Shown in pieces: positions 8,833 through 18,643 of a stretch of 64,000 nt of DNA. The stretch is taken from positions 128,001 through 192,000 of the forward strand of contig CAWAXX010000023.1 in the NCBI GenBank assembly GCA_963786105.1, in the 5' to 3' direction. Each line of letters starts with the position of its first letter. Position 1 is the first letter of the stretch. The position numbers and the translations under genes were made by a program. The notes beneath the pieces were generated by a model. It had not been told where the DNA came from and ran no database searches. It worked only from the letters and a program-made list of their open reading frames with translations. The DNA comes from Vulcanimicrobiota bacterium (GTDB lineage Bacteria; Vulcanimicrobiota; Vulcanimicrobiia; Vulcanimicrobiales; Vulcanimicrobiaceae).

Positions 8833-10887
8833 ATGCTGTCTGCTCGCCGTTTGGAGCGCCGTCCCAAGGCCCGCTCGCTCTTCGACCGCGCGATCGTGGT
8901 GCGGGCGATCGGCGACTCGTTCAAAAAGCTCGACCCGCGGTGGCAGGTGCGAAACCCGGTGATGTTCGTCGTGGAAGTCGGCGCACTCGTTACTTCGTAT
9001 TTCTTCATCCGGGATTTCATCGGTCACGCCGCAACGACCGGGTTTGATTTTGCCATCGCCGCCTGGCTATGGTTTACGGTGCTGTTTGCAAACTTTGCCG
9101 AGGCCGTCGCCGAAGGCCGGGGCAAGGCGCAAGCCGATTTCTTGCGGCGGACGAAATCGGACACGACGGCGCGGCGAGTGCTCGATTCGGGGATTGAAGA
9201 AGTCGTTCCAAGTACGAGCTTGCGCAAGGGCGACCGTTTCGCGGTCGTGGCCGGCGAGATCGTGGCGGCTGACGGCGAGGTGCTGGAAGGCGCGGCGACC
9301 GTCGACGAGTCGGCCATTACCGGTGAGTCGGCTTCGGTCATTCGTGAATCGGGCGGCGACCGAAGCGCCGTCACCGGTGGTACGCGCGTGCTTTCCGACC
9401 GTATCGTGGTTCGCGTGACGGCAAATCCGGGTGAGAGTTTTCTCGACCGGATGATCGCGCTGGTCGAAGGCGCGCAACGTCAAAAAACACCCAACGAAAT
9501 CGCGCTTTCGATTCTGCTGGCCGGGCTGACGATCATCTTTGTGATCGCCGTTGCGACGCTGGCACCATTCTCGCTGTACGCGGGCAAAGCGCAGAGCGTT
9601 ACGGTGCTCATCGCGCTGCTCGTCTGCCTCATTCCGACGACGATCGGCGGGTTGCTTTCGGCCATCGGGATCGCCGGTATGGACCGCGTGATGCAGCGCA
9701 ACGTGCTGGCGATGAGCGGGCGAGCGGTCGAAGCGGCCGGGGACGTCGATACGCTTCTGCTCGACAAAACGGGCACGATTACCCTCGGCAACCGTCAAGC
9801 CGTAGAAATGATCTGCGCCGAAAGCATCGACCCCAAGGATATGGCGCGCATTGCGTATCTGTCGTCGTTGGCCGACGAAACGCCGGAAGGGCGTTCCATC
9901 GTCGCCCTCGCGCAAGAGAAAGGGTCGCGCGACGGCGAGCCGGAGGGCGCGACGTTCGTTCCTTTTAGTGCGTACACGCGCATGAGCGGACTCGACATGG
10001 CCGACGGCTCGAAGATTCGTAAGGGCGCTCCGGACTCGGTCCTCGCATGGGTTCGCGAGCAAGGCGGAACTCCGACCGCCGAACTCTTGCCGCACATCGA
10101 GCGCATCGCCCGCAGCGGCGGCACGCCGCTCCTGCTCGCGCGCAACACCGTCGTGCTCGGCGTGATTTATCTCAAAGACATTCTCAAGCCCAATATGCGC
10201 GAGCGCTTCGACCGCATGCGCGCCATGGGCATTCGGACCGTCATGATCACCGGCGACAATCCGCTCACCGCTGCCACCATCGCCAAGGAAGCAGGGGTGG
10301 ACGATTTTCTGGCGGAGGCAACGCCCGAAACCAAGATGGATCTGATCAAACGCGAGCAGGTGTCGGGTCGGCTGGTCGCGATGACGGGCGACGGCACGAA
10401 CGATGCGCCCGCTTTGGCACAAGCCGATGTCGGCGTTGCCATGAACTCCGGAACGCAGGCGGCCAAAGAAGCCGGAAATATGGTCGACCTCGACTCGGAT
10501 CCGACCAAACTCATCGAGGTCGTGGAGATCGGCAAGCAGCTGCTCATGACGCGCGGGGCTCTGACGACGTTTTCGATCGCCAACGATGTGGCAAAGTACT
10601 TCGCGATTCTGCCGGCGATGTTTGCGATCGCGTACAAACCGATGGAACTGCTCAACGTCATGCGGCTGAACACGCCGCATAGCGCGATTCTCTCCGCAGT
10701 CATTTTCAACGCGCTGATCATCATCGCGCTCGTTCCGCTGGCCCTGCGGGGCGTAAAGTATACCCCGAAGGGTGCCAACGCCGTCCTCTTCCAGAACGTC
10801 ATGCTCTACGGAGTCGGCGGAATCGTCGTTCCCTTCATCGGCATCAAGCTGATCGACATGATCCTTGGCGCCTTGCATCTTACTTAG
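8833..10887 (+). CDS. kdpB: K+-transporting ATPase subunit B
   Basis: [33 protein letters not shown]. Confidence 0.98.
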   Translation: MLSARRLERRPKARSLFDRAIVVRAIGDSFKKLDPRWQVRNPVMFVVEVGALVTSYFFIRDFIGHAATTGFDFAIAAWLWFTVLFANFAEAVAEGRGKAQADFLRRTKSDTTARRVLDSGIEEVVPSTSLRKGDRFAVVAGEIVAADGEVLEGAATVDESAITGESASVIRESGGDRSAVTGGTRVLSDRIVVRVTANPGESFLDRMIALVEGAQRQKTPNEIALSILLAGLTIIFVIAVATLAPFSLYAGKAQSVTVLIALLVCLIPTTIGGLLSAIGIAGMDRVMQRNVLAMSGRAVEAAGDVDTLLLDKTGTITLGNRQAVEMICAESIDPKDMARIAYLSSLADETPEGRSIVALAQEKGSRDGEPEGATFVPFSAYTRMSGLDMADGSKIRKGAPDSVLAWVREQGGTPTAELLPHIERIARSGGTPLLLARNTVVLGVIYLKDILKPNMRERFDRMRAMGIRTVMITGDNPLTAATIAKEAGVDDFLAEATPETKMDLIKREQVSGRLVAMTGDGTNDAPALAQADVGVAMNSGTQAAKEAGNMVDLDSDPTKLIEVVEIGKQLLMTRGALTTFSIANDVAKYFAILPAMFAIAYKPMELLNVMRLNTPHSAILSAVIFNALIIIALVPLALRGVKYTPKGANAVLFQNVMLYGVGGIVVPFIGIKLIDMILGALHLT

Positions 10888-10904
10888 GACCGGACCGGAA
10901 TTTT

Positions 10905-11480
10905 ATGCTACGACATATGGGTACCGCTCTTCGGCTGACGATCGTCAGCGTCGTCTTGTTGGGCCTGATCTATCCGCTCGCCATGACCGGCGCCGCGCAA
11001 GTGCTGTTTCCAAAACAGGCGAATGGCTCGCTCGTCACCGTGAACGGCAAGGTCGTCGGCTCGTGGATCGTCGGGCAGATGTGGACCAAGCCCCAGTACT
11101 TTCAGGGACGTCCTTCGGCTGCTGGTAAAGGGTACGATCCGACGTCCACCGGCGGAACGAACCTCGGCCCGACATCGGCGAAATTAATTAAGGCAACCAA
11201 AGCCACGATCGCCCAGCTCGAAAAAGACAATCCCGACGCAAGCGGACCGCCGCCGATGGATCTCGTCACGTCGAGCGCGAGCGGCATCGACCCCGACATC
11301 ACCCCAGACGCAGCGTATTGGGAGGCACCGCGCGTGGCAAAAGCGCGTCACGTGACGATCGATTCCGTCCGCGCACTGGTCGCCATGCACCTGCAGGGGC
11401 GGCAGTTCGGCTTTCTCGGCGAGCCGCATGTCAACGTGCTCGAGCTCAATCTCGCTCTGGATCGAATCCACCCGGATTAG
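10905..11480 (+). CDS. kdpC: K+-transporting ATPase subunit C
   Basis: QANGS, YFQGRPSA, SASGIDPDI, VNVLELNLALD. Confidence 0.97.
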   Translation: MLRHMGTALRLTIVSVVLLGLIYPLAMTGAAQVLFPKQANGSLVTVNGKVVGSWIVGQMWTKPQYFQGRPSAAGKGYDPTSTGGTNLGPTSAKLIKATKATIAQLEKDNPDASGPPPMDLVTSSASGIDPDITPDAAYWEAPRVAKARHVTIDSVRALVAMHLQGRQFGFLGEPHVNVLELNLALDRIHPD

Positions 11481-11494
11481 CGGACCTCCGGCCC

Positions 11495-13621
11495 TCAATT
11501 CTCCGCTAGAAGTTCGGTCCGCGTCTCGGGCGGAGTGAGAACGAGCAGCTCCCGAGCGCCGGCATCGAGAAGTTGGCGCGCAAAAGAGGGCTTCTGCAGC
11601 CATCGCGGATGGCGCGTCGTTCCGGAAACTACGAGCGTGGTCTCGGGTTTCGCGCGCGCGATTTCGAGCAAGCGCCCGGGTACGTCGTCGGCTGTCTCCT
11701 CGATGAATTCGACGTTCGTCTTACGCGCCTCGGACCGCATCGCTTCCACCGCTCTTGAATCCACGCGTTCCTTCGGGCTGGTAACGTGCGCGATCGCGAA
11801 TTCGATCGCCAGGCGTGCCGCAATGCGACCGGCGCGTGACATCGTCAGCATATCCACCGCGCGAGAGTCGACCGTCAACAAAAGGCGTTCGAACGGAGAC
11901 GGGATTCTTTCCCGGTAGCGCGCGCGAAGAGCTTCGCGCAACGCCAGCTCGCGCAGCGCAAAGAGGTTCTCGCTTCGAAAAAAGTTGCTGAGGGCCGCGT
12001 CGATGCGTTCCGGCGGGTAGATCTTCCCTTCGCGCAGCCGTTGGCGTAACGTGTCCGGCGTGACGTCGATGAGGATCACTTCGTCCGCCAGCGAGAGGAT
12101 GCCGTCGGGGAGCGTTTCGCGCACCACGGTTCCCGTAAGACGTCGCACGGTGTCGCCGAGTCCTTCGAGGTGCTGGATGTTGAGCGTCGTGATGACGTCG
12201 ATGCCGGCACGCAGAACGGCCAGCACGTCGTAGAAGCGTTTGGGAGCGATCGAGCCCGGTGCGTTCGTATGCGCGAGCTCGTCGATCAGCGCTACCTGCG
12301 GGTGACGCGCGATCAGCGCATCGCGGTCGAACTCCTTGTACGTAATGCCGTTGGCGGCGATGATCTTCGGTGGAAGGACGTTCAAGCCGTCGAGGAGTTC
12401 GGCGGTTTCCTTGCGCCCGTGCGTTTCTACAAAGCCGCCAAGCACGTCGACGCCCTCGGCTTGCAATTGATGCGCGCGATCCAGCATTGCGTAGGTTTTG
12501 CCGGCCCCGGCTGCCGCGCCGAGATAGACCGTGAGCCTTCCGTATCCGACGCGTAAACGGTCGCCGGTCGTCTGAGAGTACGGCGAGCGCGCGGGGTTCT
12601 CGCCGAGATACGTTTGCCCCGCGCCAACAATAAAGAGATCGTACGGCAGCGGGACGTTTGCAAGCTTCGCGGCCGTCTTGCCGTTGGGAAGAGCGACCAG
12701 GGCCGCCCGCAACGCCTCCTGATCCATCGTCGTCGGGTCGACCGATTCGTGCAGGATCTCGGCTCCGAGTTCGCGTGCGATCGGTTCGAGGGAAGTTCGC
12801 TCTACGCCGGGGGCCGGGGCGACCTCGAGCGCGAGATCGAGCGCCTTCGCGACCGCCGCGGTTCGTTTGAGAAACGGCGACGGATCGAGCTTCGGGTCGA
12901 CGAACGCCGCCGCCATCGAACTGCGACCGGCTTTCACCACCGGGAGGGTCAGATTGTCGACCGTGCGGAGCAGGAGCTCTCGCAGCATGTACAGCGTTTG
13001 CTCCTTGAATACGCCGTTGAGCGCGCGGTCGATGTCCTGCTCGTTGACGATCTTGCCGGCTTGGACGCGGCTTCGCAACAAGCGTGGCGACACGTCGATG
13101 GCGATCACCTCGTCGGCATTCTGCAAGAACGATAGGGGAATAATTTCGCGAACCGGGTATCCGACCAGCGCCTCGGCGGTCGGCGCTACCGTTTCGAGGT
13201 GGGCGATGTTGAAGGCGCCGATAACGCCGATGCCGCGCGCGCGCAACGCCAGCGCGTCTTGCCAACGCTTGGCGTGAACCGCGCCGCCGACATTTTCATG
13301 TGCGAGTTCGTCGAGCAGCAGAACGTCGGGTTTCTCGCGTAATGCCGCTTCGTAGTCGAACTCCTCGAAAAAAGCGTCGCCGATTTTCACCTGGCGCGGC
13401 GGGATGCGCGGCAAGCTGCCGGCAACGCGCTCGAGATCGGGTCTTCCCTTCGTTTCGATCCAGCCGATGGCTACCCGTTTGCCGGCGGCGAAGAGGCGCC
13501 GTCCGTCTTCGAGCAAACGGCGGGTCTTTCCGGACCCGGGCGCGCTCGCGACGTAGACGACGAGGCGCGCGCGGCCGCCGAGCTCGCGGAGCAGCTCTTC
13601 GGCCTTGGTGATACGGTTCAT
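11495..13621 (-). CDS. Soluble protein with two tandem KdpD N-terminal domains, each followed by a USP-like region; no kinase domain
   Basis: APGSGKT..LLDELAHEN..KRWQD and GAAAGAGKTYAML..LIDELAHTN..TTLNIQHLE. Confidence 0.88.
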   Translation of the reverse strand: MNRITKAEELLRELGGRARLVVYVASAPGSGKTRRLLEDGRRLFAAGKRVAIGWIETKGRPDLERVAGSLPRIPPRQVKIGDAFFEEFDYEAALREKPDVLLLDELAHENVGGAVHAKRWQDALALRARGIGVIGAFNIAHLETVAPTAEALVGYPVREIIPLSFLQNADEVIAIDVSPRLLRSRVQAGKIVNEQDIDRALNGVFKEQTLYMLRELLLRTVDNLTLPVVKAGRSSMAAAFVDPKLDPSPFLKRTAAVAKALDLALEVAPAPGVERTSLEPIARELGAEILHESVDPTTMDQEALRAALVALPNGKTAAKLANVPLPYDLFIVGAGQTYLGENPARSPYSQTTGDRLRVGYGRLTVYLGAAAGAGKTYAMLDRAHQLQAEGVDVLGGFVETHGRKETAELLDGLNVLPPKIIAANGITYKEFDRDALIARHPQVALIDELAHTNAPGSIAPKRFYDVLAVLRAGIDVITTLNIQHLEGLGDTVRRLTGTVVRETLPDGILSLADEVILIDVTPDTLRQRLREGKIYPPERIDAALSNFFRSENLFALRELALREALRARYRERIPSPFERLLLTVDSRAVDMLTMSRAGRIAARLAIEFAIAHVTSPKERVDSRAVEAMRSEARKTNVEFIEETADDVPGRLLEIARAKPETTLVVSGTTRHPRWLQKPSFARQLLDAGARELLVLTPPETRTELLAEN

Positions 13622-13683
13622 CGCCTGGGCGCCTTCGCGCGGGCGGCAAGGCAGCCCCTCCGAAGCAGAGAAGGGCGCACGGA

Positions 13684-15240
13684 ATGGCCTTCCTTTGTTA
13701 CGCGTTGCTCGTCGCCGCGTGGATCGTCGACCTCTTCACGCCCCAGTTGTTTGTGGCCGCGATCCTGCTCAATGGTCCCATCGCGTTGAGCAGTCTCGCG
13801 CTGCAGAGCCGACTGACGACGCAACTGGTCGTCGCTGCGGAGATTGCAAACCTCGTCGCCGGTTACGTCAACGGCGTGCAAGCCGGGTATCGTTGGGACG
13901 GCATCGCCGTCGGCGACCGGTTGCTGACGGCCGCTTCGTTCGTTTTGGTCGGCTACTTGAGCGTCAGGACGCAGGAGTACGCGCGTGAAGCCGGAGCCTC
14001 GGTCGGGCGCATGCGGCAGGTTCAGATCGAAAAAGCGTTGCGCGAAGCCACTCGCCGCGTCCGAGAAACGCTCAACGTCGACCTGGTGCAGCGCGCGATT
14101 CTGCGCGAGTCGGTGTCGTTACTCGGATCCTCGTCAGCGCTGCTGATCGTCCGCGACTCGGCCTTCGAGCTCCCGCTCACCATGGAGCAGAAGCGCGGGG
14201 AGTCCGACACGTCGATCCAACGAGGCGCCCTCTCCACGGAACTGGCATCGCTCGCGGCGCGCGCGCGAGAGAATCCCGGCATCGTTCATCTCACCGGCGA
14301 CGATGCGCTCGGACGCCTAACGCTCGATGCGCTAGGCGCCCGCGAAGCACTGGTTACCGCGATTCGCCCGGCCGCGTCGCGGGCCGACTACGTGCTCGTC
14401 GAGTTGTGCGCTGAGGGGAGCGATTTTGCCGGCGACGCGTTAACCGCGATGCAGGCTTTCGCCGAACAGGCCGGCATCGCGCTAGAACAAGCGCGGCTCT
14501 TTACGCAGCTTGGCGAGCGAAACGAGGAGATTGCCCAGCAGAAGGACCAGCTCGCGCACCGCGCCGACGTCATTCGCGACATCGTGTACGCGCTCGCGCA
14601 CGACCTGCGCACGCCGTTGGCAGCAGCCGAGGTTACCATGAAACAGGCGCTCGACGGCGCATACGGAGGGCTGCCGCCGCGCTACGCGACCATTCTGCGC
14701 TCGACCTTGGCCGCGAACGAAGAGGAGCGCCGGATCGTGGAAACGCTCTTGCTGGTGGCGCGGTACGAAGCCGGTGAAGAATCGAACGTGCGCGAGCTAA
14801 TCGCCTGCGATCGGCTGATCGCGCGCGCCGTCGAAGAAATGCAGCCCGTTGCCGAGGCTAACGGGATCACGTTGCGCAGCGAAATCGAAGGCGGTCCGCT
14901 CACAGTCTCCGGGGATCCGAACGAGCTGCGCCGCGCCGTTCTGAACCTGATCGCGAATGCCATTGCGGCGACGCCGCAACGCGGAACCATTGTCGTGCGA
15001 GGGCGTCGCTCGGGCGGCAACGTGGAAATCTCCGTCGAAGACGATGGGTACGGCGTCCCAGCCGAACGGTCGGCGGCGTTGTTCCAGCGATTCGGCCGCG
15101 CTCGGTCGGGAAGCGGTACCGGTCTCGGATTGTACATCGTCCGAAGGATCGCCGAAAAACTTGGCGGCAGCGTTGCGTACGCCCCGCGCGAACCGGCCGG
15201 GAGCGTCTTTACACTGACGCTGCCCAGCAGTCTGGAGTAG
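13684..15240 (+). CDS. Membrane sensor histidine kinase (TM-GAF-HisKA-HATPase)
   Basis: N-terminal TM helices, AHDLRTPL H-box, NLIANA, DDGYG, GTGLGL. Confidence 0.93.
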   Translation: MAFLCYALLVAAWIVDLFTPQLFVAAILLNGPIALSSLALQSRLTTQLVVAAEIANLVAGYVNGVQAGYRWDGIAVGDRLLTAASFVLVGYLSVRTQEYAREAGASVGRMRQVQIEKALREATRRVRETLNVDLVQRAILRESVSLLGSSSALLIVRDSAFELPLTMEQKRGESDTSIQRGALSTELASLAARARENPGIVHLTGDDALGRLTLDALGAREALVTAIRPAASRADYVLVELCAEGSDFAGDALTAMQAFAEQAGIALEQARLFTQLGERNEEIAQQKDQLAHRADVIRDIVYALAHDLRTPLAAAEVTMKQALDGAYGGLPPRYATILRSTLAANEEERRIVETLLLVARYEAGEESNVRELIACDRLIARAVEEMQPVAEANGITLRSEIEGGPLTVSGDPNELRRAVLNLIANAIAATPQRGTIVVRGRRSGGNVEISVEDDGYGVPAERSAALFQRFGRARSGSGTGLGLYIVRRIAEKLGGSVAYAPREPAGSVFTLTLPSSLE

Positions 15241-15241
15241 C

Positions 15242-15874
15242 ATGCCACGCCCGCGCGTCGTTATCGTCGAGGATCACGCGCTGACCCGTGCCGGACTACG
15301 CACGTCGCTCGAATCGTCCTGCGACGTCGTCGGTGAGGCTGCCGACGGGCTTTCGGGCCTGGAAACCATCGTTCGCGAACGACCCGACGTCGCCGTCATC
15401 GATATCGGCCTTTCGGGTCTCGATGGGATTGCGCTAACCCAGCGCGTTCGGGTTGAAGCGCCGGCGGTCAGAATCGTCATCGTCACGATGATCGATTTGC
15501 AGGAGGAAGTCCTCGCCGCGCTGGCAGCCGGCGCCGACGCCTATTGCCTGAAAAGCTCCGAGCCCGAGCGCATCGTCGATGCCGTCAGAATCGCCGCCGA
15601 GGGGGGCGCATTTTTCGATCCTCAAATCGCGCACGTCGTTTTGGGGCGATTTTCCGGTCCGGCGAAAGACGGTCCCAGCACGTCGCCGCTCACGTCGCGT
15701 GAAACCGACGTTTTACGTTTGATCGCCGACGGCTGCGCCAACGGCGAAATTGCCGAACGTCTTTTCATCGGACTCGGTACCGTCAAAGGTCACATCCGCG
15801 ATATTTTGGCCAAGCTATCGGCTTCGGACCGCACGCAAGCCGCCGTGGTCGCGTTGCGGAAAGGATATATCTAG
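15242..15874 (+). CDS. NarL/LuxR-family response regulator
   Basis: REC domain plus LTSRETDVL..EIAERLFIGLGTVKGH HTH. Confidence 0.95.
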   Translation: MPRPRVVIVEDHALTRAGLRTSLESSCDVVGEAADGLSGLETIVRERPDVAVIDIGLSGLDGIALTQRVRVEAPAVRIVIVTMIDLQEEVLAALAAGADAYCLKSSEPERIVDAVRIAAEGGAFFDPQIAHVVLGRFSGPAKDGPSTSPLTSRETDVLRLIADGCANGEIAERLFIGLGTVKGHIRDILAKLSASDRTQAAVVALRKGYI

Positions 15875-15883
15875 CGGAAGGAC

Positions 15884-16567
15884 TTAGGAGCCGCCGAGCA
15901 TGGCGCGGATCCGCTCGGCCGCGCCGTTCTTCACGATGACGATCATCGAATCGCCTGCTTGCAGCGTCGTTTCGCCGGTGGGGATCTCGAGGTCGCGATC
16001 GGGGCGGTCTACTGCTACCACGACCGAGTTGTGGGGTAAATTCAGTTCGGCGAGGCTCTTGCCGGAAACCGGCGACTGCTCCGGTATTGCGACCTTCACC
16101 AACTGCATATCGCCTTTGCCGAACAGATGCATCGTTTCGAGCATGGAACGGTATTTTGAGGCGTTGACGCGCTCGTTGAGCACGTCGAGAATGAGTTCGG
16201 TCGACGAGATGACGGTAACCGGATCGTCGAGATCCAGCGAGTCGAACACGAGCTTGTTGGCCGGATTGTTGACGCGGGCGATGCAGCGTGCCTTGGATTT
16301 CTTTTTCGTAAGCAGGACTACAACGAGATTGTCTTCGTCGTCACCGGTATCCGCGACGACGACCTCGGCTCGGGCGATTCCGGCCGAATCCAGTACCGCC
16401 GGATCGCAGCCGTCACCGACCAGCGTCACTTGCCGATCGATCAGCCGTTCCAGGGTTTTAGCCTTGCGTTCGTCCTTCTCGACGACGACCACTTCGTGGC
16501 CCTGATTAACGAGCGCGCGTGTCAAGTACGACCCGACTTTGCCGCCGCCGACGATCAGAATAAACAT
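15884..16567 (-). CDS. trkA: TrkA-family RCK protein
   Basis: IVGGGKVG Rossmann motif, TGDDEDN, TrkA-C domain. Confidence 0.9.
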   Translation of the reverse strand: MFILIVGGGKVGSYLTRALVNQGHEVVVVEKDERKAKTLERLIDRQVTLVGDGCDPAVLDSAGIARAEVVVADTGDDEDNLVVVLLTKKKSKARCIARVNNPANKLVFDSLDLDDPVTVISSTELILDVLNERVNASKYRSMLETMHLFGKGDMQLVKVAIPEQSPVSGKSLAELNLPHNSVVVAVDRPDRDLEIPTGETTLQAGDSMIVIVKNGAAERIRAMLGGS

Positions 16568-16574
16568 CGGGGGT

Positions 16575-17252
16575 CTACGCCGTCATTCGCGCGGTCGGAG
16601 TCGCGCTGCCGAAACGTTGTGCGAACTCGCTAATGGCTTCCGGAGCGACGACCGCATTGACTTCATCGCCATCCTCCAGCAACATGTCGCTCGACGCGAT
16701 CATGACGCCGCCGGAGGCGCGCCGAACCGCCGCGATGCGAATGCGCCCGGAGTTCTCGATCTCGCCGACTGTCTTGCCGGCGTCGTTCTGCGTGACGATC
16801 GCCGAAATCGACGTGAGTTTGCCGAAATCGAACGATTGCAGCGAGCTCCACGGGGCTTCCATGAGGACGTCGCGGATCAGTTTTGCACCGACGGTCGTCG
16901 GACAGACCGTCTCCACGCCGAGCTCGCGGTACATCTGCCCTCGCGGCGGATCGTAGATGCGCGCGACGACGCGTTTAATTTTGAACATGCGCTGCGCGAT
17001 GAGCGCCGCCATGATGTTGCGATTGTCGCCGTTGGTGACCGCGATGAACCCGTCGGCGGTGGCCGCACCCGCTCGCTTGAGCACGTCGAAATCGATGCCC
17101 GTGCCGACGACCACGTGTCCCTTGAACTTCTGACCGAGGCGTTTGAATGCGGTTGCGTTTTCGTCGACGACGATGACTTCGTGACCGTCGGCGTCGAGGT
17201 ATTTCGCTAGTGCAGAGCCGACGCGGCCGCACCCAACGATGAGGTATCTCAT
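16575..17252 (-). CDS. trkA: TrkA-family RCK protein (CeoB-like)
   Basis: IVGCGRVG, TNGDNRN, VVARIYDP. Confidence 0.9.
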   Translation of the reverse strand: MRYLIVGCGRVGSALAKYLDADGHEVIVVDENATAFKRLGQKFKGHVVVGTGIDFDVLKRAGAATADGFIAVTNGDNRNIMAALIAQRMFKIKRVVARIYDPPRGQMYRELGVETVCPTTVGAKLIRDVLMEAPWSSLQSFDFGKLTSISAIVTQNDAGKTVGEIENSGRIRIAAVRRASGGVMIASSDMLLEDGDEVNAVVAPEAISEFAQRFGSATPTARMTA

Positions 17253-17359
17253 GAACGTCCAAGCCCTTTCCCAGGGATTCGACCTTTCCCCTGGGGAGCT
17301 ACCTCCGCCGCCGCAAAGGGCAGGAGGCGGGGGTGGGCTTGCGAAGCGGGAGTTTTTAT

Positions 17360-17433
<74 letters not shown>

Positions 17434-17460
17434 AATTTTCCCCGAGTCTTCCCAACCCAA

Positions 17461-17561
17461 GGAAGCGCTGATTTGTTCCAGATTGAGGAACCGAAGGCCG
17501 AGGTTTACTTATGGTAGATGAGGCCTGACGTGACGAAGAGCTGGAGCGGATCAGCGCTTCC
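17461..17561 (+). ncRNA. Candidate structured RNA (21-bp closing stem, central bubble, apical hairpin)
   Basis: 17461-17481 pairs with 17541-17561 using three G-U wobbles; family not identified. Confidence 0.45.
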
Positions 17562-17579
17562 ACGAAGCCGGTAGCAGGC

Positions 17580-17984
17580 TTGTTTTCAAAGTTTAGCCCT
17601 GCCTCACGGCGAGTGCTGCGCGTCGCCGAACAAGAGTGCCGCAATCACAGCCATTACTACGTCGGTGCAGAGCACCTGCTGGTTGCGTTGCTCGAGGAGC
17701 GAGATCTCGCGATTCTGAAAGGCCTCGACGCGAGCGGCATCGACGTTCGCGAAGTGCATGCCGAGGTTCGGCGCGCGCTGGGGACCGGTGAAGAGCGCCT
17801 TTGGGAGGGCATCCTGGTGACGCCGCGCGTGCGCACGATCGTCGCGCTGGCCGAGCGCCGGGTAGGCGACCGCGAGATCGCGCCGATCGATCTCTTTGAA
17901 GCGCTTCGCGACGAGGGTGGTAGCCTAGCTGCAGAGATCCTGCGGCGGGCGGCACCGCGAAACACGCCTTCGGCCGCGGAGTAA
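17580..17984 (+). CDS. Stand-alone Clp N-terminal (Clp_N repeat) domain protein
   Basis: MFSKFS..A.QE....HYYVGAEHLLVALL; no AAA module. Confidence 0.85.
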   Translation: MFSKFSPASRRVLRVAEQECRNHSHYYVGAEHLLVALLEERDLAILKGLDASGIDVREVHAEVRRALGTGEERLWEGILVTPRVRTIVALAERRVGDREIAPIDLFEALRDEGGSLAAEILRRAAPRNTPSAAE

Positions 17985-17994
17985 ACCAGACTGC

Positions 17995-18627
17995 ATGGAG
18001 AGCCTCCAACATTTCGTGGTCGGCTTGGTCGACCACTACGGGTATTTCGGTTTGTTCCTGGCGCTGACGGCGGGCAACGTCGGAGCCCCCGTCGGCAGCG
18101 AAATCGTGCTGCCGGTCGCCGGCGCCTTGACGGCCACCGGCCACCTGAGCATGCTGTGGCTGACCGTCGCCGTCGCCGTTGCGGGCGAACTGGCCGGCGA
18201 ATCGATTGCGTATGCGGTCGGCCGATACGGCGGCGTTCCGGTCATCGAGCGTTTCGGGAAATACGTCGGGTTGCATCACGAACATCTCGGACGCATCCAC
18301 GGATTTTTCGAGCGCTACGGAACGTTCGCCATCTTCATTTGCCGCTTTTTGCCGGTGATTCGCGGCATTGCCGGCTTTCCCGCAGGCATCGCCGAGATGA
18401 ATTTGGCGCATTTCTACGTGTGGACGTTTCTCGGATCGTTGATCTTTTGCGGCGCGATGATCGGGCTCGGCTTTGCGTTAGGCGATCATCTCGATACGGT
18501 TTTGCCGCTACTTCATCGTGGGGGCGTCGTGCTGGCGATCGTTGCGGTCGTGGCAATCGTGGCCGCTATACTGGTCGTGCGCGTCCGTTCACGTAAAAGT
18601 CGGGTTGCGTCCGTGGAGGGGGAATAG
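17995..18627 (+). CDS. DedA-family membrane protein
   Basis: PVGSEIVL, YAVGRYGG, FERYG..RFLPVIR. Confidence 0.92.
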   Translation: MESLQHFVVGLVDHYGYFGLFLALTAGNVGAPVGSEIVLPVAGALTATGHLSMLWLTVAVAVAGELAGESIAYAVGRYGGVPVIERFGKYVGLHHEHLGRIHGFFERYGTFAIFICRFLPVIRGIAGFPAGIAEMNLAHFYVWTFLGSLIFCGAMIGLGFALGDHLDTVLPLLHRGGVVLAIVAVVAIVAAILVVRVRSRKSRVASVEGE

Positions 18628-18643
18628 CCGCCAAGAGAAGCCG

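Noticed and set aside
9067..10878. 603-aa antisense ORF over kdpB and similar long shadow ORFs (11721-13265, 51174-52547, 55658-56932)
   Set aside because: Expected stop-poor frames in GC-rich coding DNA; no motifs.
17482..17540. Hammerhead ribozyme (CTGACGTGA..CGAA)
   Set aside because: Does not match the CUGANGA/GAAA/UH core spacing.
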